NCBI GenBank assembly: GCA_035487135.1
Contig: DATHMN010000056.1
Location: 6,428-70,427 of the forward strand
Origin: Steroidobacteraceae bacterium
GTDB taxonomy: Bacteria > Pseudomonadota > Gammaproteobacteria > Steroidobacterales > Steroidobacteraceae
Direction: 5' to 3'
Length of the DNA stretch: 64,000 bases
Position 1 is the first letter of the stretch; every line of letters begins with the position of its first letter. The notes under the pieces were generated by a model. The model was not told the DNA's origin. It saw only the letters and a program-made list of their open reading frames with translations, and searched no databases. A program made the position numbers and the translations under genes. Below, one piece after another: positions 9,202-18,466 of the stretch.

Positions 9202-10482
9202 TCATCCGGCGCCGGCGGCATTCAGTGCCTGGTCGAGGTCGGCGATGATGTCGTCGATGTGCTCGATGCCGACGCTCAGGCGAATGGTCTCGGGACCGAT
9301 GCCAGCGAGGCGCTGCTCCTCGGTCGACATCTGCCGGTGGGTGGTCGAAGCGGGGTGGCAGGCGAGCGACTTGGCGTCACCGAGATTCACCAGTCGCTTG
9401 AACAGGTGCAGCGCGTCGTAAAAGCGCACCCCGGCATCGAAGCCGCCGCGGATTGCGAAGGTCAGCAGCGAGCAAGCGTGACCGTTGAGATACTTCTGCA
9501 CCAGCCCGTAATACGGGCTCTCCGGAAAACCCGCATAGCTCACCGAGTCAACGCGCCGGTCGTCGCGCAGGAACTCTGCCACGCGGCGCGCGTTGGCTAC
9601 GTGCCGCTCCACCCGCAGGGCGACCGTCTCCACGCCCTGCAGCAGCAGAAACGCGCTGAGCGGCGACAGCACCGCTCCCATGGTCCGCTGCAGCACGCTG
9701 CGGCAACGGCCGATGTAGGCGGTCGGCCCATAGTGTTCGGTGTACACCAGATCATGATAGGAATGATCGGGCTCGGTCAGCATCGGATAACGCGCGGCGT
9801 GCTTCTCCCAGGGAAAACGCCCGCTGTCGATGACGATGCCGCCGAGCGTGGTGCCGTGACCGCCGAGGAACTTGGTCAGAGAATGGATGACGACGTCGGC
9901 GCCGTGATCGATCGGCCGTACCAGGATGGGCGTCGGCACGGTGTTGTCGACGATGAGCGCGACGCCGGCGCGGTGCGCGACCTCAGCGATCGCCGCGAGA
10001 TCGCAGACGTTACCCGCCGGATTTCCCACCGTCTCGCAGAAAACCGCCCGCGTCTTGTCATCGATCAGCGCCGCGAGTTCCTCCGGCCGGTCGCTGCGGG
10101 CGAACTTGGCGTGGATTCCCAACTGCGGCAGTACGTGCGCAAACAGCGTATGGGTGGTGCCGTACAGTTGCGGTACCGAGACGATGTTGTATCCCGCCTG
10201 CACGATGGTGAGCACGGAAAAGTACAACGCCGCCTGTCCGGAACTGACGCTGAGAGCATCCATGCCGCCCTCGAGCTCGGTGACGCGCGCCTCCAGCACA
10301 CCGTTAGTGGGATTGGCGATGCGCGTGTAGCGGTAGCCCTCGGTTTCGAGATTGAACAGCGCCGCGCCGTGCGCGGCGCTGTCAAACGAATAGGCCACCG
10401 TCTGATAAATCGGCACCGCCACGGCCTTGGTAGCCGGATCGGAGTCAAAGCCGCCGTGCAGTGCGATTGTCTCTGGTCTCAT
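9202..10482 (-). CDS. metY: O-acetylhomoserine aminocarboxypropyltransferase (sulfhydrylase)
   Basis: 426 aa. ETIALHGG, PIYQTVAYSFDS, YTRIANPT, HSLTKFLGGHG (PLP Lys): Cys/Met-metabolism PLP enzyme of MetY type. Confidence 0.9.
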   Translation of the reverse strand: MRPETIALHGGFDSDPATKAVAVPIYQTVAYSFDSAAHGAALFNLETEGYRYTRIANPTNGVLEARVTELEGGMDALSVSSGQAALYFSVLTIVQAGYNIVSVPQLYGTTHTLFAHVLPQLGIHAKFARSDRPEELAALIDDKTRAVFCETVGNPAGNVCDLAAIAEVAHRAGVALIVDNTVPTPILVRPIDHGADVVIHSLTKFLGGHGTTLGGIVIDSGRFPWEKHAARYPMLTEPDHSYHDLVYTEHYGPTAYIGRCRSVLQRTMGAVLSPLSAFLLLQGVETVALRVERHVANARRVAEFLRDDRRVDSVSYAGFPESPYYGLVQKYLNGHACSLLTFAIRGGFDAGVRFYDALHLFKRLVNLGDAKSLACHPASTTHRQMSTEEQRLAGIGPETIRLSVGIEHIDDIIADLDQALNAAGAG

Positions 10483-10502
10483 TGCTTGCCTCTGGCTGAT
10501 TG

Positions 10503-11234
10503 CTACGCCGTGTTGCCGGCGTCGACCGTCAGCACGATTCCGGTGATATTGCGCGCCCGCTCGCTGAGCAGAAATTCGACCGCCGCCGCCACGTCCTCCG
10601 GCTCCACCAAGCGCTTGAGTGCACTGCGCCGCGCGATTTGCGCGCGCTCGCCCTCATCCATTTCCTTGGTCATCTCGGTGGTTACGAAGCCGGGGGCCAC
10701 CGCGTTGACGGTAATGCCGAGTGACCCGACCTCGCGTGCTAGCGAGCGAGTGAAGCCGAGCAGCGCCGCCTTGGTGGCCGAATACGCGGAAAGCCCGCTG
10801 TAGCCGGTCGCGCTGACGATGGAACTGATATTGATGATTCGCCCGCTACGCGCCAGCATCATGGTGCGCAGCACATACTTGGTGAGCAGAATCGGCGAGA
10901 CGATATTGAGGCGCGTCAGGCGTTCGACGTCGGCATCGCGCATGATGCTCAGTACACCCGCCGTGCCCAGACCGGCGTTGTTGACCAGCCCGTAGAAGGA
11001 ACCGAACTCCTTGCGCAGCCCGGCCACGAACGGCGCCAGCGCGGCGCTGTCGGCGAGATCGCAGGCGCGAAACTCGATGCGGCCCTGTGTGGGCGTAAGC
11101 GCAGCCACGCGTGCGCGCAGTTCCGCGCTCTCGCTGCGCGCGACGGCGATGACCCGCTCGCCCGCGGTTGCCAACGCCGTGGCGATCGCCAGGCCGAGGC
11201 CGCGCGTCGCGCCGGTGACGATGATGTTACGCAT
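10503..11234 (-). CDS. SDR family oxidoreductase (FabG-like)
   Basis: MRNIIVTGATRGLGLAIA (TGxxxGxG), NNAG, YSATKAA. ATG 11234 overlaps the upstream stop by 8 nt (AATGCGTAA). The tracked 401-aa ORF is an artefactual 5' extension. Confidence 0.85.
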   Translation of the reverse strand: MRNIIVTGATRGLGLAIATALATAGERVIAVARSESAELRARVAALTPTQGRIEFRACDLADSAALAPFVAGLRKEFGSFYGLVNNAGLGTAGVLSIMRDADVERLTRLNIVSPILLTKYVLRTMMLARSGRIINISSIVSATGYSGLSAYSATKAALLGFTRSLAREVGSLGITVNAVAPGFVTTEMTKEMDEGERAQIARRSALKRLVEPEDVAAAVEFLLSERARNITGIVLTVDAGNTA

Positions 11235-12654
11235 TCGGGCGCACCAGCTTGCCGGACTCGGACATCTGCAGCGCCGGCACGATGCGGATGATCGCCGGCA
11301 CCTTGTGGGCCGGCAGCGCGCGCTTGCAGGTGTCGAGTAGCTCGCGCTTGAGCATCTCCGGCGGCGGCCGCTCCGGTCGCTCACCGCTCGGTTCGGCGAG
11401 CACGACATCGGCCGCCACCACCGCGCCGGTAATGGGGTTGGGACGTGAACGGGCGAGCGACATGCGTACCCAGGGATGCGAGTTGATGACCGCCTCGATC
11501 TCTTCCGGGTGCACTTTGAGTCCGCCGACGTTGATGACGCCGCCGGTGCGGCCGACGAAATGATAGCGGCCGGCGCGCAGTTCAACGCGATCGCCGGTGT
11601 CGACGAAGCCGTCCGTGCGCCGCAGCGGCGGTGCGTCCGCATCCAGGTAGCGCAGCGCGTTGCCTGCCGAGCGGATCTGCAGTGTGCCCTCGGCGACGCG
11701 CAGCTCAATGTCGCCGCCGCTACCGAGCAGGTCTGCCGGGAATCCGGCCGTGCCGTCGCCTACCTCGAAAGCTACCCCCGCCTCGCTCGAGGCGAATGCG
11801 TGCGCGATGGCGGCCTGCGGATACACCGCCCGCAGGCTGTCGAGAACCGACTGATCGGCAATCTCGCCCGAGAGCCGTACGTAACGGGGCTCGAGCGTTG
11901 CGGCGGCGCCGCTCATCAGCATGCGGCGCCAGTGTGACGGCGTGCCGGAGATATGGGTGACGCCGGCAGTGCGCGCACGCGCGAGAAATTCCGCCACCGG
12001 CTCGCCGGCCGCCGACAGTACTAGCGAGCCGATGTGCATCGAGCGCAGGAAGATCTGCAAGCCGCCGTAGCGGCGGATGTCGTAGAAGGTACTCCAGAGA
12101 GCGCTGCCGCGCGCGGCGGGCCGTCGGCGCAGGACACTTGTTAGTGTTGCGAGCGTATGCAGCACCAGCTTGGGGGCGCCGCTGGTGCCGGAGGTGAGCA
12201 GCACCCACTCGGTCTCGTGCGACTGGTGCCGCTCGCGCAACCCCGCCGACAGCTGCGGTCGCAGCTGTACGCTCACGGCGAAGGCGGCGGCCAGACCCTG
12301 CGGCGCGCCTGTTTCATCGCCGACCCACGCATCCGCGCCGGCAGTCGTCACGACGTGTTGCAGATGCTCGCCAGGCAAATCCGGCGGGCACAGCACCAGG
12401 CGGCGGGCGACGCCGTCGAGTTCCAGCAGCGCAAGCGCGGCACTCAACTGATCGCGAACACCGAGCAGCACGGTGCGACCACGCAGGTCCTCCAGCCGGC
12501 CGCCGAGGCTGGAGGCCTGCCCGAGCGTGGCAAGCGAAATCGCCTGACTTTGGCCATAGAGGGTGCCTTCGGGCTGCCTCCCCGCAGCCGAAATCACTCC
12601 CCACAGCCAGGTCGGATGGTGTGTGCCGGTGTCCGTAACGCCCTCTTTTTCCAC
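11227..12654 (-). CDS. AMP-dependent synthetase/ligase (adenylate-forming enzyme); no adjacent carrier protein
   Basis: LLTSGTSGAPKLVLHT (A3 motif), FVDTGDRV, GRTGGVINVGGLKVHPEEIE, SGKLVR (A10 Lys). Confidence 0.85.
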   Translation of the reverse strand: MEKEGVTDTGTHHPTWLWGVISAAGRQPEGTLYGQSQAISLATLGQASSLGGRLEDLRGRTVLLGVRDQLSAALALLELDGVARRLVLCPPDLPGEHLQHVVTTAGADAWVGDETGAPQGLAAAFAVSVQLRPQLSAGLRERHQSHETEWVLLTSGTSGAPKLVLHTLATLTSVLRRRPAARGSALWSTFYDIRRYGGLQIFLRSMHIGSLVLSAAGEPVAEFLARARTAGVTHISGTPSHWRRMLMSGAAATLEPRYVRLSGEIADQSVLDSLRAVYPQAAIAHAFASSEAGVAFEVGDGTAGFPADLLGSGGDIELRVAEGTLQIRSAGNALRYLDADAPPLRRTDGFVDTGDRVELRAGRYHFVGRTGGVINVGGLKVHPEEIEAVINSHPWVRMSLARSRPNPITGAVVAADVVLAEPSGERPERPPPEMLKRELLDTCKRALPAHKVPAIIRIVPALQMSESGKLVRPNA

Positions 12655-12761
12655 ATTCTAGGGGTTGCGGACGGCCAAAATCACCCCGCGTGGTCCACGC
12701 TGTGAGGCAGCTATCACCTGGCGCGCCGCCAAGCGCCCAGCGGACCCCGGAGGGTGCCTGC

Positions 12762-14489
12762 TCAACCGTTGCTCCAGGTCCAGTCACCGGCCGCGGCACG
12801 GCAGCCGCCACCGGGTGCCCCGGTCCAGGCGCGGCCGCGCACGGCCCGGCCGCTCGCCGCTCCCGTCGGCTGGCTCTGGCGCAGTGCCCGCGCGCCGTTG
12901 ATCCACACCTCCTCAACGCCCGTGGCCAGCTGATGCGGCTTCTCATAGGTGGCGTGATCTTGGACAGAGGCCGGATCGAACACTACGACGTCGGCGAAGT
13001 TGCCCACTTTGAGCACGCCGCGATCGGTCAGCGATAGGGTCGCAGCCGGTAGCGCGCTCAACTTATGGATCGCCTCCTGCAGAGTGAGGTCACGTTCCTT
13101 GCGCACATAGAGCGCCAGCACGCGGGCGAAATTGCCGTACGCGCGCGGATGCGAATTCGACTTGAGAAACACACCCTCCGGAGCGGGCGCCCGCTCATCG
13201 GAATCGAAACTCACCCAGGGGAGTGCCGCTTCGCGCCGCACGTTCGCCTCGGACATGAGGAAGTAGGCGACGCCAACACGGGAGCCGTCCTCGATCACCA
13301 GATCGATCGCCGCATCCGCCGGCGATACCCCACGCTCGCGGGCAACCGCAGCGAGCGTCTTGCCGGTGAGCGGCTTCAGCCGGGGATTCTTAAAGGCGAG
13401 CAGCAGCGTGCCAGAGGGTCCGGCCGCACCCAGCAGGTTTTCCCAGCCCGGTCTCGGATCGCGCATGTCGGCCAGCACGCGTGCCCGCTGGACCGGATCT
13501 TTGAGCCGGGCAATCCAGGCCTCGAGGCCGCCGTCTTGCACCCACGGCGGCATCGCGGCATCGAGTCCGGTAGCGGCCGCGGTGTACACGTACATATCGG
13601 CGGTGATGCGCACGCCGGATTTGCGGGCGGCCTCGATGGCCGCAATCAGCGCGTCCACTTTGCTCCAGTTACGCTGCCCTGCGACTTTGAGGTGATAGAT
13701 CTCGGCGGGTGCGCCCGAAGCCCGGGCGATGTCGACGGTCTCCTGCACCGCCTCCAGCAACCGGTCGCCCTCGCTGCGCATATGCACGCTGTAGATGCCG
13801 CCACAGCGGGCCGCTTCGCTTGCGAGCGCGATCAGTTCCGGAGTCTTGGCATACTGGTTGGGACTGTAGATGAGTGCGGTCGTCACCCCCACGGCGCCCT
13901 GTTCCATCGCCTGCTGCACCAAGGCGCGCATCTGCGCCAGCTGCGGCGCGCTCGGCTGCACATCGCGCTCGCCGAGCACGTAGGTGCGTACGGTGCCCGC
14001 ACCCACGAAGGAGGCGACGTTCGGGCTGATGCGATGCTGCTCGAGCTCGTGCAGATATTCGCCGAGAGTAGTCCAGTCGACGGTGTAGTGAATGTCGCCC
14101 TGCCGCTGCAACAGAAGTTTTTGCATCTCGGGATTGAGCGGACCCATCGAATCTTCGCCGAGGACTTCAAGCGTCACCCCCTGACGCAGATCGCTCAACG
14201 CGCGACCGTCGATCAGCAGCGATTCCTCCGGATGCGCGAGCATGTTGATGAAACCGGGCGCCACGGCTTTGCCGCGCGCATCGAACTGCTCGCGCGCGCT
14301 CCCCGGAGCGTGCGCGCCGACATAGACGATGCGGTCTCCCCGCAGGGCGACGTCACCGACAAACGGGGCGGCGCCGCTGCCGTCGTAAACGGTGCCGCCG
14401 CGGATCAGCACGTCATAAGCCTCGCTTGCCAGCGCCGGCGCGCAGCTGCCCCACAGGCAGATGAGCGCTGCGCGCAGCGGCACCTTCAT
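12762..14489 (-). CDS. secreted N-acyl-D-amino-acid deacylase family amidohydrolase
   Basis: Start at MKVPLRAALICLWGSCAPALA (signal peptide), making an ATGA overlap with the upstream gene. YDVLIRGGTVYDGSG...GFINMLAH...GVTLEVLGEDSMGP, the D-aminoacylase subfamily pattern. Confidence 0.85.
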   Translation of the reverse strand: MKVPLRAALICLWGSCAPALASEAYDVLIRGGTVYDGSGAAPFVGDVALRGDRIVYVGAHAPGSAREQFDARGKAVAPGFINMLAHPEESLLIDGRALSDLRQGVTLEVLGEDSMGPLNPEMQKLLLQRQGDIHYTVDWTTLGEYLHELEQHRISPNVASFVGAGTVRTYVLGERDVQPSAPQLAQMRALVQQAMEQGAVGVTTALIYSPNQYAKTPELIALASEAARCGGIYSVHMRSEGDRLLEAVQETVDIARASGAPAEIYHLKVAGQRNWSKVDALIAAIEAARKSGVRITADMYVYTAAATGLDAAMPPWVQDGGLEAWIARLKDPVQRARVLADMRDPRPGWENLLGAAGPSGTLLLAFKNPRLKPLTGKTLAAVARERGVSPADAAIDLVIEDGSRVGVAYFLMSEANVRREAALPWVSFDSDERAPAPEGVFLKSNSHPRAYGNFARVLALYVRKERDLTLQEAIHKLSALPAATLSLTDRGVLKVGNFADVVVFDPASVQDHATYEKPHQLATGVEEVWINGARALRQSQPTGAASGRAVRGRAWTGAPGGGCRAAAGDWTWSNG

Positions 14490-15625
14490 CGAGGGGCTGC
14501 CGCCGGTGCGGTCAAGGCCAGCACCGCGTAGCCGGTGGCCGCATCGCTCATGAAGCGCCCGACGTTGCTGCTCATGTTGCGATGCTTGTTGATTGATCGC
14601 GCCACCCAGAACTCTTCCGGTCCGCGCAGCCACAGTCCGCCATGGCCGCTTTGATTGTGTGTCAGCCAAGCCCGCCCGCGCTGCACCTGCAGCACCACCG
14701 CGGGGTCGCCGCTCTCTTCCAGCACCAGCGTTGCCAGCCCGGTCGCGTAGCCGTCGCTCTCGGAATCCTGCAACAGCGTTCGCTGCGTGCAGCTCGGGAT
14801 CAGGCGCGACAGGCTCCAGCCGCCGTCGGGGTTTTGTGCACGCGCGGTCTCGGCGATGAGCGCAGTCCGTTCATCGCTGCTCAGGAGGCCGGGGAGTCTC
14901 TCGGCGGCCCACAGCAGGATCAGGCGGTTGTGCAGCGACTGGGCGGCGTACTCGCGTCGTAGGTAGGCGCGCAGCAGCGCGAGCTGCGCCGCGCTGGCGG
15001 CGCTCGACGCGTAGTCATCCGGTGCGCTGCCGACCGCGAGCGCGGCCAGGGCGGCGCCGTAGTACTGCGACTCAACAATCTCCCACGGGGCCAGCGTGAA
15101 ATCCAGCCAGGCCCAGGATCCGGCATTGACGCCTGAGCTCTGTTGCTCCGTCCACATGTTATCGAGTGCCAGGCGCGTATCGGCAGTGAGATGGCCGGTG
15201 CGAGCGTCGTCCCAGGCCAACATCAGTGCGCTTAGCACCGCCTCAGTGCCGCGCGACTGCGCCGTCTTGCCGGGCGCGTCCGGCCCATCAAAGTAGAACG
15301 GGCTGATCTCTTTCCACATGCGCACACGCTTGCGCACGTCATCCATCATGTTGCGCTCGTTGGGATTCGGTGCCGTCTCGCCCAGCATGCTGCGCAGATT
15401 CGGCCGCGCCATCGCGTACGGAACCGCGGTATGACAGGAAAAGCAGAATGTCCCGTGATCGCGCGCCGCCTTGGGCCACTCTGTCCACCATTGCATGCGG
15501 CGGTCCAGGTACGCTGCGGCCGCCCGCGGGTCCCAGGCACCGGTGCTCGGCGGCGGGCGTGAACACGCCGCCAGGCTCAAGGCGATGACGATCATTGCGG
15601 TACCACGTGCGCGGCTGCTGGGCAT
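14486..15625 (-). CDS. lipoprotein with a single CxxCH haem-binding motif (function unknown)
   Basis: Lipobox ALSLAAC. FCFSCHTAVPY. Repeated aromatic/Gly motifs (NPDGGWS, AGSWAWLDF) reminiscent of alpha-alpha toroid folds. Translationally coupled to the deacylase. Confidence 0.65.
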   Translation of the reverse strand: MPSSRARGTAMIVIALSLAACSRPPPSTGAWDPRAAAAYLDRRMQWWTEWPKAARDHGTFCFSCHTAVPYAMARPNLRSMLGETAPNPNERNMMDDVRKRVRMWKEISPFYFDGPDAPGKTAQSRGTEAVLSALMLAWDDARTGHLTADTRLALDNMWTEQQSSGVNAGSWAWLDFTLAPWEIVESQYYGAALAALAVGSAPDDYASSAASAAQLALLRAYLRREYAAQSLHNRLILLWAAERLPGLLSSDERTALIAETARAQNPDGGWSLSRLIPSCTQRTLLQDSESDGYATGLATLVLEESGDPAVVLQVQRGRAWLTHNQSGHGGLWLRGPEEFWVARSINKHRNMSSNVGRFMSDAATGYAVLALTAPAAAPR

Positions 15626-15828
15626 GCACGGCCAAGCCTACCGCAAGTGGGTGGCACCGCCACTGCAGGTGTAAGACATTGATTTAATGCAACTCTGTCA
15701 GCGATCGCTGACGCTGGGAGCGCCGTGCAGGTCAGTCGGAGCCGACATCCGCTCGTCCCCTTCGTCTGCTATCGGTGCACACGGCACTCGCGAAGAATCC
15801 TCCCCGACGATAGAAGAAGGAGCGCGCC

Positions 15829-16323
15829 GTGTTGGAACGTTCACTACAGCCACACCGGACGCAGTTGCTGCTGCTGGCGGGGTTGCTGTGTGGCCTTCCG
15901 CTCGGCGCACACGCAGGGGGCGTCGCAGTCAATCACTTCGCGCCGCCGGAAAAAGCCGCGGCACGCATCACGCATAACCTGTTGCTGCAACTGCCGAGCC
16001 AGAAACTCATGGACGCCGCTCCGCAACGCGCGGCGGTGCGTTTGGATGCATTGCGTCCGCAACAGCCGTTCGTGCGCACCTCGCAGCCGCTTAAGCTGGA
16101 TACCGAAGCCAGCGCAGAAGAGGTCACGCGGGCCGCGTTTCCCATTCACTGGCAGAATGCGCCCGATCACGTGTCGCCTGAGTTCGTACATATCGTGAAG
16201 CGATTCCGCCACGAGGGGCTCCCGGTCGTGCGGCTGTGGCAGTCGGGGCGCAACCTGTTGCATGTCGGGCTCAACGGTCACGGTACGCCCGGGATCTGGT
16301 TCACTCAAACCGACCCCAACTGA
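15829..16323 (+). CDS. hypothetical secreted protein
   Basis: 164-aa ORF with a signal peptide (LLLLAGLLCGLPLGAHA). No recognisable domain. Confidence 0.5.
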   Translation: MLERSLQPHRTQLLLLAGLLCGLPLGAHAGGVAVNHFAPPEKAAARITHNLLLQLPSQKLMDAAPQRAAVRLDALRPQQPFVRTSQPLKLDTEASAEEVTRAAFPIHWQNAPDHVSPEFVHIVKRFRHEGLPVVRLWQSGRNLLHVGLNGHGTPGIWFTQTDPN

Positions 16324-16344
16324 TCGTGACATCAGGTCACGATC
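16322..16344. repeat. perfect 9-bp inverted repeat (GATCGTGAC-N5-GTCACGATC) overlapping the stop codon of the 15829 ORF
   Basis: Read directly at 16322-16330 and 16336-16344. No U-tract follows, so it could be a terminator hairpin or a protein-binding palindrome. Confidence 0.6.
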
Positions 16345-16876
16345 ACATTCTCACAGCCGCTCAGCACTGCCGCAGCTGACGGGGTGTTTGCGGCCGCCTA
16401 CTGCAGCGGCCGGGAGGTCACCCGTCAAGCCGGGTCCGGGCCACCCTGGTCACTCGCGACGCCGACAGCCGGCTCTTCTTGCTGACGTCGCGCGCAACAC
16501 GGGGGGCGGCCTGACCGGCATCGCCGCACCACCCTCAGCGTGCGTGAGGCGCGAGACCGCCCCTCTATGCAATTGTCAACGTCCCGTTAGAGGTAGTAGC
16601 GATGCGCAAATAGGCTCAGGCGAGCCCTCGGTGCGACTTTTTCCCGCGCGTAACGTGGCGCGCGAGTGGATAGTCAGGCGGCATTCGGCCATCATCCGCC
16701 AACACATTCTCGCCCGTGCCGGGCCGCGACTCGCGCCAGCTTCATTGCGTAGTGCGGATCGCTCACGCGGGCCACAAAGCCAAGGTGCAAAAGGGGAGCC
16801 GCCGGCGCCAAGCCCCCTTCAGGATTGTTAAATCGGCCCGAAATCCGGCGCTGCTAGGAAGGACTTAGCACGCAGT

Positions 16877-18433
16877 ATGCAGCGAGATATGCCCATGACC
16901 CCGTTCGTCGCTTACGGCCGCGGCCGCTCGCGTGACACCGAGCGGTCTGTGCGTAGCCTGCGCGCCATCGCCGCATTCAGCGCCTCTCTGGCCATGATGG
17001 ATCTCGGCGGCTGCGCGGTCGGACCGAACTTCAAGCGACCGGCCGCCCCGCAGACCGAAAGTTACACCGCCGAACCACTACCGCCGCAGACGGTGGCAAC
17101 GGAAGGCACCGCGGGTAACGGACAGACCCTTCTCTACGGTCGTGACATCCCGGCTGAATGGTGGACGCTGTTTCACTCGGACAAGCTGAACGTGCTGGTG
17201 CGGCAATCAATGCAGGACAGTCCGGACGTGGCGGCGGCACAGGCCGCGCTGCGACAGGCTCACGAAAACCTGCTGGCACAAGAGGGTAGCTTCCTGCCGG
17301 CCATCGATGGCACGGCTTCGGGAGTCCGCCAGAAGATCTCCGGTGCGTCTTACGGCCAGCCGCAGCTGGGGTCGTACATCTACAACCTGTTCAACGCGAC
17401 CGCCAATGTCTCCTACACGCTTGATGTCTGGGGCGGAGTGCGCCGCAGCGTCGAGGCGGCGGGCGCGCAGGCGGACTACGAGCGCTTCCAGCTGGAGGCC
17501 ACTTACCTTTCGTTGACTGCCAACGTCGTTACCACGGCCATCCAGGACGCCTCCCTGCGGGCACAGATCGATGCGACGCAGCAGATCATCACGGCGGACC
17601 GCAAGGAGCTCGACACCGTTCAGCGGCAGCTATCTCTCGGTGGCGTATCGCGACTCGATGTGCTGACACAGCAGACGCAGCTGGCAGCCGAGCTTGCCAG
17701 TCTGCAGGTGCTGCAGAAACAGCTGCTGCAGAACCGTGACCTGCTGGCAGCGCTGGTCGGACGCATTCCCAGTCAGCAGCCAGATGCGCAGTTCGTGCTG
17801 GACGATCTGCAGTTGCCGCAGGAGCTGCCGCTCAGCGTGCCATCGCAGCTGCTGGAGCAGCGGCCGGACGTGCGCGCCTATGAGGCGCTGCTGCACCAGG
17901 CGAGCGCACAGATCGGCGTGGCTACGGCCAACATGCTGCCGCAGGTGAGCATTACTGGCGACTTCGGCGGCACTACAACCCAGTTCTCGGATCTGCTGAA
18001 AAGCGGCAGCAATGTCTGGAGCTTCGGGGCGGGAATCACCCAGCCGATCTTTCAGGGCGGCGCACTGCTGCACAAGCGGCGGGCGGCCGTGGCCGCCTAT
18101 GATCAAGCGGCCGCTCAGTATCAGGGCGTCGTGCTGACTGCTTACCGCAACGTCGCCGATTCGCTGCACGCCGTGAACAATGACGCCGCGGCGCTGGAGC
18201 AGCAAACCGTCGCGGCGCGCGCCGCCGGTGATGCGCTGGAGATCTCGCGCAAGCGCTACGCGGCCGGATCGATCAGTCCGCTGGACCTGCTGGTGGTCGA
18301 ACGCACCTACTGGCAGGCACGCATCGCGCAATTGCAGGCACAGGCGGCGCGCTACACCGACACGGCGGCACTGTTCCAGGCGCTCGGCGGCGGCTGGTGG
18401 CATCGCGATGCACCGAGCACTGCAGGCCGCTGA
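16877..18433 (+). CDS. RND efflux outer-membrane factor lipoprotein (NodT family)
   Basis: Lipobox MDLGGCAVGPNFKRP. Duplicated OEP repeats. C-terminal ALGGGW motif. Confidence 0.9.
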   Translation: MQRDMPMTPFVAYGRGRSRDTERSVRSLRAIAAFSASLAMMDLGGCAVGPNFKRPAAPQTESYTAEPLPPQTVATEGTAGNGQTLLYGRDIPAEWWTLFHSDKLNVLVRQSMQDSPDVAAAQAALRQAHENLLAQEGSFLPAIDGTASGVRQKISGASYGQPQLGSYIYNLFNATANVSYTLDVWGGVRRSVEAAGAQADYERFQLEATYLSLTANVVTTAIQDASLRAQIDATQQIITADRKELDTVQRQLSLGGVSRLDVLTQQTQLAAELASLQVLQKQLLQNRDLLAALVGRIPSQQPDAQFVLDDLQLPQELPLSVPSQLLEQRPDVRAYEALLHQASAQIGVATANMLPQVSITGDFGGTTTQFSDLLKSGSNVWSFGAGITQPIFQGGALLHKRRAAVAAYDQAAAQYQGVVLTAYRNVADSLHAVNNDAAALEQQTVAARAAGDALEISRKRYAAGSISPLDLLVVERTYWQARIAQLQAQAARYTDTAALFQALGGGWWHRDAPSTAGR

Positions 18434-18466
18434 GGCGCACCGGGCCGAAGGAATATTGGGGAACTG

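Noticed and set aside
10503-11708. Long N-terminal extensions of tracked ORFs: the SDR 401 aa, gltX 532 aa, deacylase 635 aa, T4CP-B 683 aa, the deacetylase 360 aa and the 29844 ORF 402 aa.
   Set aside because: The extensions are Arg/Cys/Ser-rich out-of-character sequence that overlaps the upstream gene. Internal starts give canonical N-termini, SD sequences and ATGA/GTGA coupling.
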